In this document: piece by piece, positions 54,889 through 64,000 of the stretch
How positions within the stretch are numbered: position 1 is the first letter of the stretch
Layout of the letters: the number at the start of each line of letters is the position of its first letter
Notes under the pieces: generated by a model
Told to the model about the DNA's origin: nothing
Database searches by the model: none
What the model saw: the letters and a program-made list of their open reading frames with translations, nothing else
Source: an uncultured Verrucomicrobia subdivision 3 bacterium
GTDB lineage: Bacteria > Verrucomicrobiota > Verrucomicrobiia > Limisphaerales > UBA11358
DNA length: 64,000 nucleotides
Direction: 5' to 3'
Assembly (NCBI GenBank): GCA_903944085.1
Contig: CAJAQO010000215.1
Location: forward strand, 984 to 64,983
Position numbers and translations under genes: made by a program

Positions 54889-55479
54889 TCAGACGCGGCG
54901 TTTCTTGCGCGGGCGGCAACCGTTGTGCGGCACCGGCGTCACGTCTTTGATCGAGGAAATTTCCAAGCCGATGGCCTGGAGCGCGCGAATCGCGGATTCG
55001 CGACCGGAGCCAGGACCCTTGACGCGGATTTCAACTTCCTTCATGCCATGCGACATCGCCTGGCGGGCGGCATCCTGCGCAACCATCTGCGCGGCGTAAG
55101 CCGTGCTCTTGCGCGAACCTTTGAAACCCACGCGGCCGGCGCTCGACCAACCGATGAGGTTGCCCTGCATGTCAGTGATGGTGACCTGTGTGTTGTTGAA
55201 AGTGGCGAGAATGTTCGCAACGCCGATGGCGATGTTTTTCGCGTGCTTGGCCTTGACGACTTTCTTCGCGTTCGGATCTTCGCCGAGCAAGTCGGCAGCC
55301 GTCGGCACCGCAACGACAACCGGTTCAGCAGGTGCCGCCGTTTCCGCCGTCGGAGCCGCAGCTTTTTCCTTCTTGGGATGCTTGGCTTCCGCAGCCGGAG
55401 CCGCCGCAGCCGCAGTGGCGTCAAGCTTCACTTCTTTTTCTTTCTTCGGCGCGGCAGGTTTTTTCTTTTCTTCGGACAT
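54889..55479 (-). CDS. rpsK: 30S ribosomal protein S11 with about 65-aa Lys/Ala/Pro/Glu-rich N-terminal extension
   Basis: Core [22 protein letters not shown]...[11 protein letters not shown]...[17 protein letters not shown]; extension [20 protein letters not shown]... Confidence 0.9.
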   Translation of the reverse strand: MSEEKKKPAAPKKEKEVKLDATAAAAAPAAEAKHPKKEKAAAPTAETAAPAEPVVVAVPTAADLLGEDPNAKKVVKAKHAKNIAIGVANILATFNNTQVTITDMQGNLIGWSSAGRVGFKGSRKSTAYAAQMVAQDAARQAMSHGMKEVEIRVKGPGSGRESAIRALQAIGLEISSIKDVTPVPHNGCRPRKKRRV

Positions 55480-55494
55480 AATGGAAATTAGTGA

Positions 55495-55890
55495 TTAGTG
55501 GATGCCGGTCTTGGCGTTCGGATTGCGCGACACGCCGACCGTCTTGCGCGGGCCTTTGCGGGTGCGGGCGTTGGTCTGGGTGCGCTGGCCGCGCACGGGC
55601 AGACTGCGCATGTGGCGGATGCCACGGTAGCACTTGATGCCCTGCAGGCGCTTGAGGTTCATGCCGAGTTCGCGGCGCAGATCGCCTTCGATGACATATT
55701 TGCCTTCCTGGATCGCGTGAACGATTTGGGAGAGCTGCGCCTCGGTCAAATCTTTTGCGCGAATGGACGGGTCAATGTTCGCGCGTTCGAGGATCTCCTT
55801 CGCGTTGACCGGGCCAATGCCGTAAATGTAACGGAGCGCGATATCAATGCGCTTGCCGGGCGGGATTTCCACACCAATGATGCGTGCCAT
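55495..55890 (-). CDS. rpsM: 30S ribosomal protein S13
   Basis: [26 protein letters not shown]... Confidence 0.95.
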   Translation of the reverse strand: MARIIGVEIPPGKRIDIALRYIYGIGPVNAKEILERANIDPSIRAKDLTEAQLSQIVHAIQEGKYVIEGDLRRELGMNLKRLQGIKCYRGIRHMRSLPVRGQRTQTNARTRKGPRKTVGVSRNPNAKTGIH

Positions 55891-55900
55891 AAATTTTTAA

Positions 55901-56014
55901 TTAACCTTGACGTTGCTTGTGGCGTTTGTTCGAGCAAATGACGCGGATAACCCCGCGCCGTTTCACGACTTTGCAGTGCTCACACAATTTTTTGACTGAT
56001 GCTCGAACTTTCAT
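55901..56014 (-). CDS. rpmJ: 50S ribosomal protein L36
   Basis: Not in the ORF track (37 aa). Manual translation [37 protein letters not shown]. Confidence 0.93.
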   Translation of the reverse strand: MKVRASVKKLCEHCKVVKRRGVIRVICSNKRHKQRQG

Positions 56015-56015
56015 C

Positions 56016-56237
56016 TTAAATCTTTTTCTTTTCGACTAAAATACGCCCCACGCTCAAGTCGTAAGGCGTCAATTGCAACTTTACTTTGTCGCCGGCTTTC
56101 GCGCCGGCAAAATTCTTTTTATCCCGCCCGGTCACAAACGCCGTCAAGCGGTGCCCGTTGCTCAACTCCGCGCAAAACGTGCCGTTTGGCAGCGCTTCGA
56201 TCACGCTAGCTTCGACGCGGAAGGCATCTTGGCCCAT
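56016..56237 (-). CDS. infA: Translation initiation factor IF-1
   Basis: ...[27 protein letters not shown]...[18 protein letters not shown]. Confidence 0.9.
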   Translation of the reverse strand: MGQDAFRVEASVIEALPNGTFCAELSNGHRLTAFVTGRDKKNFAGAKAGDKVKLQLTPYDLSVGRILVEKKKI

Positions 56238-56983
56238 GTCAAAATCTCCGGTTCGCCGTCGGTGACCAAAACCGTATGCTCAAAATGGGCAGATAGTGAA
56301 CCATCTTGCGTCACGACTGTCCAGCCATCTTTCAGGATTTTTACGTTGGGACGCCCCGCGTTCACCATCGGCTCAATCGCAATCGTCATGCCCGGCTTCA
56401 ACTTCGGCGAGTTCTTCTTGCCCTCGTCAAAATTTGGCACCTGCGGCTCTTCGTGCATCGTGCGCCCGACACCGTGGCCAACAAATTCGCGCACCACGCT
56501 GAATCCGTTTTGTTCAACGTATTGTTGAACGGCAATCGAAATATCCAGCACCCGGTTGCCCGGCTTCGCCTGCGCGATGCCCAGATAGAGCGACTGCTCC
56601 GTCACGTCCAGCAACCGTTGCGCCGCAACGCTGCACCCGCCCACTACCACCGTCCGCGCGGTGTCACCGATAAAACCGTTGTAGGTGACGCCCACATCCA
56701 CGCTGACAATGTCGCCAAATTTCAATTCGCGTTCCGACGCGATGCCGTGAACCACGGCCTCGTTAACCGAGAGACACGTGTGGCAGGGAAAATTCCGGTA
56801 GCCAAGAAACGCGCTCTTGCCGCCGTAACTCTTGATCCGCTCCGCTGCAAAATTGTCAACTTCCCGTGTGGTGATGCCGGGCTTGATGAATGCGGCGATC
56901 TCGTCTAAAACTTTGCCGGCCATCATTCCCGCCGGACGCATCAACTTCAAATCGTCCTCTGACTTGAGCTTTATGCCAGCCAC
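56201..56983 (-). CDS. map: Methionine aminopeptidase type I
   Basis: ...CHGIASERELKFGDIVSVDVG..., FVGHGVGRTMHEEP, AIEPMV, SAHFEHTV. Confidence 0.93.
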   Translation of the reverse strand: MAGIKLKSEDDLKLMRPAGMMAGKVLDEIAAFIKPGITTREVDNFAAERIKSYGGKSAFLGYRNFPCHTCLSVNEAVVHGIASERELKFGDIVSVDVGVTYNGFIGDTARTVVVGGCSVAAQRLLDVTEQSLYLGIAQAKPGNRVLDISIAVQQYVEQNGFSVVREFVGHGVGRTMHEEPQVPNFDEGKKNSPKLKPGMTIAIEPMVNAGRPNVKILKDGWTVVTQDGSLSAHFEHTVLVTDGEPEILTWAKMPSASKLA

Positions 56984-56988
56984 AAAAT

Positions 56989-58377
56989 TTAGAACCGGCC
57001 GCGGATCTTGCCCTTTTTCAAAAACCCGTCGTAATGGCGCATCATCAAATGCGATTCCACCTGCCGCATCGTGTCGAGCAAAACACCGACCGCGATCAAA
57101 ATGCTCGTGCCGCCGAAAAACTGCGCGACGTTCTGGTCCACGCTCATCTGGCGCGACAAAATAATCGGAATGGTTGCAATGATCGTCAGGAAGATCGCAC
57201 CCGCCAGCGTGATGCGGCTCATGGCGTGATGCAAATAATCACTGGTTCCCAAACCGGGCCGGACACCCGGTATGTAGCCGCCGTTTTTCTTCAAATCGTC
57301 AGCGATTTGGATTTCATTAAACTGCGTCGCCACCCAAAAATAGGAGAAAAACAAAATCATCAGCGAGTAAATTGAAAGATACAACACTGAGCCGTAGCCC
57401 AATTGAATGGCAATCGAGCGGAAAAAATCCTGCAGGAACGGCACTTTGATCCACGTGGCCAGATTGGTGAACAGCGGTTGCGGAAACATCAGGATGGACT
57501 GCGCAAAAATGATCGGCATGACGCCCGCATAATTCACACGCAATGGCATGAAGGACGTTCCACCTGCATACATTTTACGGCCCACCGCGCGCTGGGCGTA
57601 TTGCACTGGAATTTTCCGTTGCGCCTGGGTGATGGCGATGACGCCGCCGATCACGAACACCATCAGGATGAGCAGCATCACCCCCGTGCCGGCAAAATGA
57701 TGCGTGGCCTCGGTCGTGCCGCCGTGCGTCGAAAACATGTCAATCGCGCCTTGAACCGCGTTGGGCAAACGCGCCAAAATGCCGATCGTGATGACCAAGG
57801 AAACACCGTTGCCGATTCCCCGCTCCGTAATCTGTTCGCCAATCCACATCAGTAGCATCGTGCCGGCGGTCATCACCGTCACCGTTACAAAATAGTAGAG
57901 AAAATGATTTTCCGTCATCACCAGCGAACCTTGAAAACCTCGAAAAGCCGTTTCCGGGGTCAGCCAGTTGTGCGCAAAATACCAACCTTGGCCTAGACAG
58001 AGAGCCACGGTCAGATAACGTCCGTATTGAACGATCTTGGTGCGACCGCCTTCCTCACGCACCAATTTGCTCAAACGCGGCACCACGGCCGAAAGCAATT
58101 GGATGATGATGGTGGCGCTGATGTAAGGCATGATGCCCAGCGCGCCAATCGCGCAGTTGCCGGTCGCGCCACCGGCAAATGTGTTATACATCACCAGCAG
58201 ACCGCCTTGGGAATTTTCCGCGAAAAACTTTGCCAACGCCTGTCCGTCAATCCCGGGAATGACGATGTAAGCCGTCAACCGGCAGACGGCCAGCAGCATG
58301 ATCGTGAACAAAATCCGAGATTTCAGCTCCGGGATTTTGAAGCAGTTGCCGAGGGTGTTGGCGATGGAGCGGAACAT
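56989..58377 (-). CDS. secY: Preprotein translocase subunit SecY
   Basis: 462 aa polytopic protein; ...LGIMPYISATIIIQLL..., GEQITERGIGNGVSL. Confidence 0.95.
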   Translation of the reverse strand: MFRSIANTLGNCFKIPELKSRILFTIMLLAVCRLTAYIVIPGIDGQALAKFFAENSQGGLLVMYNTFAGGATGNCAIGALGIMPYISATIIIQLLSAVVPRLSKLVREEGGRTKIVQYGRYLTVALCLGQGWYFAHNWLTPETAFRGFQGSLVMTENHFLYYFVTVTVMTAGTMLLMWIGEQITERGIGNGVSLVITIGILARLPNAVQGAIDMFSTHGGTTEATHHFAGTGVMLLILMVFVIGGVIAITQAQRKIPVQYAQRAVGRKMYAGGTSFMPLRVNYAGVMPIIFAQSILMFPQPLFTNLATWIKVPFLQDFFRSIAIQLGYGSVLYLSIYSLMILFFSYFWVATQFNEIQIADDLKKNGGYIPGVRPGLGTSDYLHHAMSRITLAGAIFLTIIATIPIILSRQMSVDQNVAQFFGGTSILIAVGVLLDTMRQVESHLMMRHYDGFLKKGKIRGRF

Positions 58378-58389
58378 TCTTCAGCTCGA

Positions 58390-58863
58390 TTATTTCTTGG
58401 CCGGAGCCGGAGATTTTTTGCCAACGATTTCAACCGAGCCGCCTTTGGCTTCGATCTTCGTTTTCGCCGAGGCGCTGATGGCGCTGACGACCACGACCAG
58501 TTTCTTGGTCAAATCGCCAGAGCCGAGAATCTTGATGCCCAGCTTCGGACCATTGGCCAAGCCCAAGGAGCGCAAAGCCGTTTCGTCCACGCGCGCGCCG
58601 TCTTCGAACTGGTTCAATTCGCCAACATTCACCGGGCTGTAAGCCGTGGTAAACTCGGCGTTGTTGAAACCGCGTTTGGGGATGCGGCGGATGAGCGGCA
58701 TCTGGCCGCCTTCAAAACCAATGCGGATCGAGCTGCCGGAGCGCGCGGTCTGGCCCTTGCCACCGCGACCAGCCGTTTTGCCACGGCCGCTGGATTCGCC
58801 CTGACCAAGCCGCTTGGTGCGGTGCTTCGAGCCGGGACGGGGTTTAAGATTGTGCAGTCGCAT
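58390..58863 (-). CDS. rplO: 50S ribosomal protein L15
   Basis: MRLHNLKPRPGSKHRTKRLGQGESSGRGKTAGRGGKGQ. Confidence 0.95.
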   Translation of the reverse strand: MRLHNLKPRPGSKHRTKRLGQGESSGRGKTAGRGGKGQTARSGSSIRIGFEGGQMPLIRRIPKRGFNNAEFTTAYSPVNVGELNQFEDGARVDETALRSLGLANGPKLGIKILGSGDLTKKLVVVVSAISASAKTKIEAKGGSVEIVGKKSPAPAKK

Positions 58864-58873
58864 AAAATTTTAA

Positions 58874-59572
58874 TCAGGCCGCAATGGCTTCAGGAGCTTT
58901 CGGCGCAGCTACTTTTTTAATTTCCAAACCGCGTGCGCTGTAAATTTGCTCGCGGGTGCGGAGGCTCAACAACGCATTCAAAGTCGCCTTCACGACGTTC
59001 GCCGCGTTTTTGGAGCCGAGTGATTTGGTCAAAACATCCTTGATGCCGGCGGATTCCAAAACGGAACGCACCGTTTTGCCGGCGATGATGCCTGTGCCAG
59101 GCGAGGCCGGGCGCAACAAAATTTTCGCGCCGCCATAGGTCGAATACATTTCGTGCGGAATCGTCGCGTCCTTCAGCGAGACCGAAACCATTTTGCTGCG
59201 GGCGAGTTCGCCGCCGCGACGAATCGCGTCCGCGACTTCCGCTGCTTTGCCGAGCGCGATGCCGACTTTGCCTTTTTTGTCGCCGACGACCACGAGCGCG
59301 CTGAACTTGAAGCGGCGTCCGCCCTTGACCACTTTCGAGGAGCGATTAATGAAGACCACTTTTTCGACAATTTCTTCGCCGCCCTTTTCAAAGGCGTTTT
59401 CGCCGACATCGGTGCGCCGACGGCCACGACCGCCTTGTCCGCCGCCACGACCGCCTTGTCCACCGCGACCGCCCTGCCCGCCGCGCGGACCGCGCGATTC
59501 CGGCTGCGGTGCCGGCGCTTCGGGAGCGGCAGCAGCAGCGGGAACTTCTGGAATGTTTTCGTTTTCAGCCAC
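58874..59572 (-). CDS. rpsE: 30S ribosomal protein S5 with RGG-rich N-terminal tail
   Basis: Core VVFINRSSKVVKGGRRFKFSALVVVGDKKGKVGIALGKA; tail GGQGGRGGQGGRGGGQGGRGRRR. Confidence 0.93.
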   Translation of the reverse strand: MAENENIPEVPAAAAAPEAPAPQPESRGPRGGQGGRGGQGGRGGGQGGRGRRRTDVGENAFEKGGEEIVEKVVFINRSSKVVKGGRRFKFSALVVVGDKKGKVGIALGKAAEVADAIRRGGELARSKMVSVSLKDATIPHEMYSTYGGAKILLRPASPGTGIIAGKTVRSVLESAGIKDVLTKSLGSKNAANVVKATLNALLSLRTREQIYSARGLEIKKVAAPKAPEAIAA

Positions 59573-59592
59573 AATAAATTCTCCGGTTCAGG

Positions 59593-59952
59593 TTAAAATT
59601 TCAATCCGGCTTCGCGCGCGGAATCCGCCAGCGTCTTGATCTTGCCGTGGTAGCGCGTGCCGCCACGGTCGAACACCACGGCGGAAATGCCCTTGTCAAT
59701 CGCAGCCTTCGCCGCGAGTGCGCCGACTTTCTTCGCGCCGGTCACGTTGGCAGAACAATCTTTTGCTTCGCCCTTGCTCACCGTTGAGACGGCGGCAATC
59801 GTCTTGCCGGCAATATCGTCAATGAACTGGACGTGGATGTTTTCGTTCGTGAAGCGGACGCTCATGCGCGGACGTTCAGCCGTGCCGCTGACGAGTTTGC
59901 GAATGCGCCAGTGGCGCAACTGCTTCAACTTGTGTTTTTTTTCGGTTCTCAT
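59593..59952 (-). CDS. rplR: 50S ribosomal protein L18
   Basis: ...RPRMSVRFTNENIHVQFIDD...VFDRGGTRYHGKIKTLADSAREAGLKF. Confidence 0.95.
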   Translation of the reverse strand: MRTEKKHKLKQLRHWRIRKLVSGTAERPRMSVRFTNENIHVQFIDDIAGKTIAAVSTVSKGEAKDCSANVTGAKKVGALAAKAAIDKGISAVVFDRGGTRYHGKIKTLADSAREAGLKF

Positions 59953-59991
59953 CTCAATGCGTTCACGGATTAGGCCGTGAACATTAAATTT

Positions 59992-60528
59992 TTATTGGAC
60001 GGTCTTGCCTTCCTTGCGCACGACGTGTTCGCCGGCGTAACGGACGCCCTTGCCTTTGTAAGGTTCCGGCGGATAGTAAGCGCGGATCTCGGAAGCAACC
60101 TTGCCAACGACCATCTTGTCCGGGCCTTCAATCGTAATCTTGGTGTTTTCCTCGACCGTGACTTTGATCTGGTCGGGAATCGTGTAATTAATCGGATGCG
60201 AATAGCCGAGCGCAAGGTTCACGACTTTGCCGGTAACGGCGGCCTTGAAACCGACGCCCTGGATTTCCAGCTTCTTCACAAAACCTTCGGTCACGCCCTT
60301 GACCATGTTGTTGACGAGCGCGCGGCTCAAGCCGTGCAGCGCCTTGGCCTGCGCGTCTTCACCGGCGCGGCTCACGACAATTTTGTCGCCTTCGATCTTG
60401 AGGCTGGTGCGCTGGGGCAATTCCCAGGCGAGTTTGCCTTTCGGTCCTTCGACAGAAACTTTCTGGCCCTTCACGTCCACCTTCACTTTAGCGGGAATGG
60501 CAATCGGTTGTTTTCCAATACGCGACAT
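59992..60528 (-). CDS. rplF: 50S ribosomal protein L6
   Basis: MSRIGKQPIAIPAKVKVDVKGQKVSVEGPKG... Confidence 0.95.
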   Translation of the reverse strand: MSRIGKQPIAIPAKVKVDVKGQKVSVEGPKGKLAWELPQRTSLKIEGDKIVVSRAGEDAQAKALHGLSRALVNNMVKGVTEGFVKKLEIQGVGFKAAVTGKVVNLALGYSHPINYTIPDQIKVTVEENTKITIEGPDKMVVGKVASEIRAYYPPEPYKGKGVRYAGEHVVRKEGKTVQ

Positions 60529-60535
60529 AAAAATA

Positions 60536-60922
60536 TTACCAGATGTAGGCGAGAAGTTCTCCGCCGAGGTTTTTCTTGCGCGCCTGCTGGTCGGTCAACA
60601 GACCTTCCGAGGTCGAGACAATCGCCACGCCGAGTCCGCCGCGCACGCGGGGAATTTCCGTCGCGCCAACATACCGGCGCAAACCGGGTGAACTGACGCG
60701 CTTCAGGCCTTCAATCACGCTCTTTTTGCCGTTGAACTTCAGGCGCATTTTAAGGGTCTTCTTCGTATCACCCTCCACCGTCACGTCGGTGATGTAACCT
60801 TGTTGCTGCAACAGTTTCGCCACGCTTTCCTTGATGCGGGAATGCGGCAGCGCAACAGTCGGCAATTGCGCCGCACCCGCGTTGCGGATGCGCGTCAACA
60901 TGTCAGAAATCGGATCGCTCAT
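60536..60922 (-). CDS. rpsH: 30S ribosomal protein S8
   Basis: MSDPISDMLTRIRNAGAA... Confidence 0.95.
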   Translation of the reverse strand: MSDPISDMLTRIRNAGAAQLPTVALPHSRIKESVAKLLQQQGYITDVTVEGDTKKTLKMRLKFNGKKSVIEGLKRVSSPGLRRYVGATEIPRVRGGLGVAIVSTSEGLLTDQQARKKNLGGELLAYIW

Positions 60923-60998
60923 ATTATCGTTTCAACTTTCGTCCTGCGTTTCGGCTCCCGCACAATTGCGAAACCGACAGCCAGCACGAATCAAATTT

Positions 60999-61268
60999 TC
61001 ACCAACTGGCCTTCGTCACCCCGGGAATCAAACCGTTCAACGCCGCTTCGCGGAAAGTCAAACGTGACACCCCGAACTTGCGCCAATAACCACGGCGGCG
61101 GCCGCTCATCGCGCAGCGGTTCACCACGCGCGTTGGGCTGGCGTCGCGCGGCAATTTCGCCAAGCCGGCGTAGTCGCGTTTCGCCTTCAATTCGGCGCGG
61201 ATCGCGGCGTATTTCGCCACCGTTTCTTTTTTGCGGTTATTCCGCTCTATCCAAGCTTTTTTGGCCAT
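60999..61268 (-). CDS. rpsN: 30S ribosomal protein S14 (long, non-zinc form)
   Basis: [28 protein letters not shown]...[28 protein letters not shown]. Confidence 0.93.
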   Translation of the reverse strand: MAKKAWIERNNRKKETVAKYAAIRAELKAKRDYAGLAKLPRDASPTRVVNRCAMSGRRRGYWRKFGVSRLTFREAALNGLIPGVTKASW

Positions 61269-61274
61269 AACAAA

Positions 61275-61817
61275 TTATTTTTCTGCGAACGGAAAACCCA
61301 TCAGCTTGATCAAATCCAGCGCCAGCGCATTGTCCGGCGCGGTGGTCACGATCGTGATGTCCATGCCCTGCTGGCGTTTGATCTTATCCAATTCAATTTC
61401 CGGAAAAATCGTCTGGTCAGCGACGCCGAAAGTATAATTGCCCCGGCCGTCAAACTTGCGCGGCGACAAACCACGGAAGTCGCGAATGCGCGGCAGCGCG
61501 GTGGCGACCAGGCGGTCAAAAAACTCATACATCGTGTCGCCTCGCAGCGTCACGCGGCAGCCGATCGCCTGATTTTTGCGGAGCTTGAAATTGGCCACGT
61601 CCTTCTTCGCCTTGCTGATGACCGGCTTGCGGCCGGTGAGCTGGGTCAAATCTTTGGCGGCGTCTTCCAACGCGCCTTTTTCCAACGAGGCGTTGATGCC
61701 CATGTTCACGACGATCTTCACGAATTTCGGAACCTGGTGGACATTCTTGAAATTGTGCTTGGCTTTCAGGGCCGGCACCACTTCTTCGTTGTATTTTTTG
61801 TAAAGTCTGGATTTCAT
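61275..61817 (-). CDS. rplE: 50S ribosomal protein L5
   Basis: MKSRLYKKYNEEVVPALKAKHNFKNVHQVPKFVKIVVNMG... Confidence 0.95.
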   Translation of the reverse strand: MKSRLYKKYNEEVVPALKAKHNFKNVHQVPKFVKIVVNMGINASLEKGALEDAAKDLTQLTGRKPVISKAKKDVANFKLRKNQAIGCRVTLRGDTMYEFFDRLVATALPRIRDFRGLSPRKFDGRGNYTFGVADQTIFPEIELDKIKRQQGMDITIVTTAPDNALALDLIKLMGFPFAEK

Positions 61818-61851
61818 TTTTCAGTTCACGGATTTGGCCGTGAAAAATTAT

Positions 61852-62100
61852 TTACGCGGCCGCCGCCTCCGCTTTTTTCACATTCGAGATGTGGATCGAA
61901 CCTTCGCGCTCGACGATGGCACCGTTCGGGTTCTGCTGGCTTTTCTTGGTGTGCTTCTTGATCATTTGCAGACCTTCGACCACAACACGCTGCTTGTCGG
62001 TCATCACGTGGATGATCTTGCCGCTCTTGCCTTTTTCTTTGCCGGCCAGCACGACGACCTGGTCGCCTTTTTTAACATGAAATTTTGACATAACCTTCAA
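61852..62100 (-). CDS. rplX: 50S ribosomal protein L24
   Basis: [23 protein letters not shown] (KOW motif). Confidence 0.93.
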   Translation of the reverse strand: MKVMSKFHVKKGDQVVVLAGKEKGKSGKIIHVMTDKQRVVVEGLQMIKKHTKKSQQNPNGAIVEREGSIHISNVKKAEAAAA

Positions 62101-62462
62101 ATGACTTCCGGCGCGAGTGAAATGATCTTCATGAACTTCTTTTCGCGCAGCTCACGGGCGACCGGGCCGAAAATGCGCGTGCCCTTCGGATTCAATTCCT
62201 TGTCAATGATGACGCAGGCGTTGTTGTCAAAGCGCAGCACCGAACCGTCGGGGCGCTTGATGATCTGGCGCGTGCGGACAATCACGGCGTCATGCACTTC
62301 GCCTTTTTTCACGGAACCATCCGGCGCGGCTTCTTTGATGTGAACCTTGATGACGTCGCCGATGCCGGCATAACGCTGGTTGCGACCGGTCACGCCGATG
62401 TTCCAAGCAATCTTGGCACCGGTGTTGTCCGCCACATCCAAACTGGATCGAACTTGCAACAT
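62097..62462 (-). CDS. rplN: 50S ribosomal protein L14
   Basis: [17 protein letters not shown]... Confidence 0.95.
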   Translation of the reverse strand: MLQVRSSLDVADNTGAKIAWNIGVTGRNQRYAGIGDVIKVHIKEAAPDGSVKKGEVHDAVIVRTRQIIKRPDGSVLRFDNNACVIIDKELNPKGTRIFGPVARELREKKFMKIISLAPEVI

Positions 62463-62472
62463 AAAATTAAAA

Positions 62473-62772
62473 TCAGGCTGCGACTGCGGTTTCGGCCACG
62501 CCGCGCTCGACGACCTCGATGAGCTTCCAGCGTTTCAACTTCGACAGCGGGCGCGATTCCTCGATGCGCACCGTGTCGCCGACTTTGGCCTCGGCCTTTT
62601 CGTCGTGCGCGTAAAATTTCTTGTAGGACGTGACGATTTTCTTGAACTGGGCGTGCGGGTAGCGGCGTTCCACGCGCACCACAATCGTCTTGGTCATCTT
62701 ATTCGAGACGACTTCGCCGACGCGCTGCTTGCGCTTGCCGGTCGCCGCCACGGGATTCGTTGTTTCAGCCAT
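62473..62772 (-). CDS. rpsQ: 30S ribosomal protein S17
   Basis: ...[29 protein letters not shown]...YKKFYAHDE. Confidence 0.93.
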   Translation of the reverse strand: MAETTNPVAATGKRKQRVGEVVSNKMTKTIVVRVERRYPHAQFKKIVTSYKKFYAHDEKAEAKVGDTVRIEESRPLSKLKRWKLIEVVERGVAETAVAA

Positions 62773-62778
62773 ACAAAA

Positions 62779-62991
62779 TTATTTCGCCGCCGGTTTCGCC
62801 GCCTGGTTGCTCAACGCGGAGATGCGGGTCTCGACGCGGGCAATGTCCTTGCGCAGCGTGCGCAGACGCGCGGGTTTTTCCAACTGCGCGCTCGCCTGTT
62901 GCAGGCGCAGGTTGAACATCTCGTGCCGGAGGTCGCGGCCCTTGGCCGCCAACTCCACCAGCGTCATATCTTTGATTTCAGCAAATTTCAT
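62779..62991 (-). CDS. rpmC: 50S ribosomal protein L29
   Basis: MKFAEIKDMTLVELAAKGRDLRHEMFNLRLQQASAQLEKP; start at internal ATG 62991, just after the rplP stop. Confidence 0.9.
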   Translation of the reverse strand: MKFAEIKDMTLVELAAKGRDLRHEMFNLRLQQASAQLEKPARLRTLRKDIARVETRISALSNQAAKPAAK

Positions 62992-62995
62992 CGGA

Positions 62996-63418
62996 TTAAC
63001 TCGCGCGGTGATGGCGCGAAATAAACTTGGTTTTGATCGGCAACTTGGTCGCGGCGAGGCGCATGGATTCGCGCGCTTCCGCCTCGGTGATGCCGTCCAC
63101 TTCAAACAAAATGTTCGCCGGACGAACCACGGCCACCCAGCCTTCGAGCGGCGCTTTGCCCTTGCCCATGCGCGTTTCCAGCGGCTTCTTCGTGTAGGAC
63201 TTTTGCGGAAACACCCGGATCCACATCTTGCCTTTGCGCTTCATGTAGCGCGTAATCGCGACGCGGCAAGCTTCGAGCTGCTTGCCGTCCATCCAGCAAC
63301 GTTCCAGCGCCATGAGGCCATACTCGCCGAACGCAACCGTGTTGCCGCTCGTCGCCAGCCCCGTGCGACTGCCGCGGTGCATTTTGCGATACTTTACTTT
63401 TGCCGGTTGCATTGCCAT
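62996..63418 (-). CDS. rplP: 50S ribosomal protein L16
   Basis: [20 protein letters not shown]... Confidence 0.95.
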   Translation of the reverse strand: MAMQPAKVKYRKMHRGSRTGLATSGNTVAFGEYGLMALERCWMDGKQLEACRVAITRYMKRKGKMWIRVFPQKSYTKKPLETRMGKGKAPLEGWVAVVRPANILFEVDGITEAEARESMRLAATKLPIKTKFISRHHRAS

Positions 63419-63439
63419 AACAAGATTCTTTCTAAAAAA

Positions 63440-64000
63440 TTAACTGGCGATCGGCGCTTCGACTTTCACTTCTTTTTTCTGCGGCTTGTTTTCGCCCTTG
63501 CAAATCCAGCACTTGATGCCGAGCTTGCCATAGACCGTGTTCGCTTCCGCGAAACCGTAATCAATGTTCGCGCGGAGCGTGTGCAACGGCACCCGGCCCC
63601 AGTGATACATTTCAACGCGCGCCAATTCCGCGCCACCGAGACGGCCACCGGCGCGAATTTTGATGCCTTCGGCACCGAAATCTTTCGCGGTCTGCAAAGC
63701 CTTTTTCATGGCGCGACGGAACGAGACGCGGCGCTCAAGCTGCAATGCGATATTTTCCGCAACCAACTGCGCGTCGAGTTCCGGCTGCTTCACTTCGACG
63801 ATGTCAACGTAAACTTCCTTGCCGGTCATCTTGCTCAATTCTTCCTTGAGCTTGTCAATTTCCGAGCCTTTGCGGCCAATGACCACGCCAGGACGGGCGG
63901 TCAGGATCGTCACGCGGCAGCGGTTCGTCGCGCGCTCGATCAAAATTCGCGGCACCGAGGCCGTTTCCAACTTCTTCTTAAGCAGCGTGCGGATGATGCG
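63440..64000 (-). CDS. rpsC: 30S ribosomal protein S3 (N-terminus beyond window end)
   Basis: ...[24 protein letters not shown]..., [22 protein letters not shown]; the reading frame is open to base 64000. Confidence 0.93.
   Translation of the reverse strand, partial: RIIRTLLKKKLETASVPRILIERATNRCRVTILTARPGVVIGRKGSEIDKLKEELSKMTGKEVYVDIVEVKQPELDAQLVAENIALQLERRVSFRRAMKKALQTAKDFGAEGIKIRAGGRLGGAELARVEMYHWGRVPLHTLRANIDYGFAEANTVYGKLGIKCWICKGENKPQKKEVKVEAPIAS

Noticed and set aside
56201-56237. 37-nt overlap between the map 3' end and the infA 5' end
   Set aside because: The IF-1 N-terminus aligns with canonical IF-1 only if the tracked start is used, and the map C-terminal tail is plausible. Overlaps of this size occur in compact operons, so there is no evidence of mis-annotation or programmed frameshifting.
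56989-59572. Absence of rpmD (L30) between rpsE and rplO, and of adk between secY and map
   Set aside because: Both genes are variably present in this operon across bacterial phyla, and the spacers (10 and 5 nt) show no remnants. It is a lineage trait rather than an anomaly.
58874-59572. RGG-rich N-terminal tail of ribosomal protein S5
   Set aside because: Comparable Arg/Gly-rich N-terminal tails occur in S5 of other high-GC bacteria, for example actinobacteria. The feature is noted but is not novel.

Overview
High-GC bacterial chromosome segment. By gene content it is most likely a PVC-superphylum member, Verrucomicrobiota-like. The basis is a prepilin-type FTLIELLVV protein, a giant 'autotransporter-associated beta-strand repeat' style protein, and a complete ftsQAZ module. 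This is inference; no searches were possible. The window has two parts. (1) Bases 1-8000 are accessory DNA. They hold the right end of an integrative element inserted at the 3' end of tRNA-Pro(CGG): a primase-like gene, a Xis/AlpA-like HTH gene, three tandem paralogs of unknown function coupled to a tyrosine integrase. Next to it is an IS-scarred junction with an ISNCY-like transposase, a truncated IS3 orfB and a prepilin-gene fragment. (2) Bases 8000-64000 are core genome: deoC, a BioF-like enzyme, a 1339-aa surface repeat protein, sucC, aspS, rph, prmA, rpsR/rpmG, folE2, GH125 and GH27 glycosidases, queA. There is also a dcw cluster (mraZ to ftsZ) that lacks murE/murD/murC and carries three unusual inserted genes, and the alpha/spc/S10-distal ribosomal protein cluster (rplQ to rpsC, truncated at the right edge). 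The best candidate for something undescribed is the integrase-coupled triad of paralogs at 1137-3869. Other non-genic signals: a 21-bp tandem repeat array (23486-23737) next to a low-GC eukaryote-like LRR lipoprotein gene; a near-identical stem-loop just upstream of both 5S-rRNA-binding protein genes rplR and rplE; a free-standing promoter / 54-aa basic ORF / terminator unit; and several short perfect tandem duplications in leaders. All family calls rest on motif recognition by eye. Many long ORFs in the supplied track are antisense shadow ORFs typical of high-GC DNA and were ignored.
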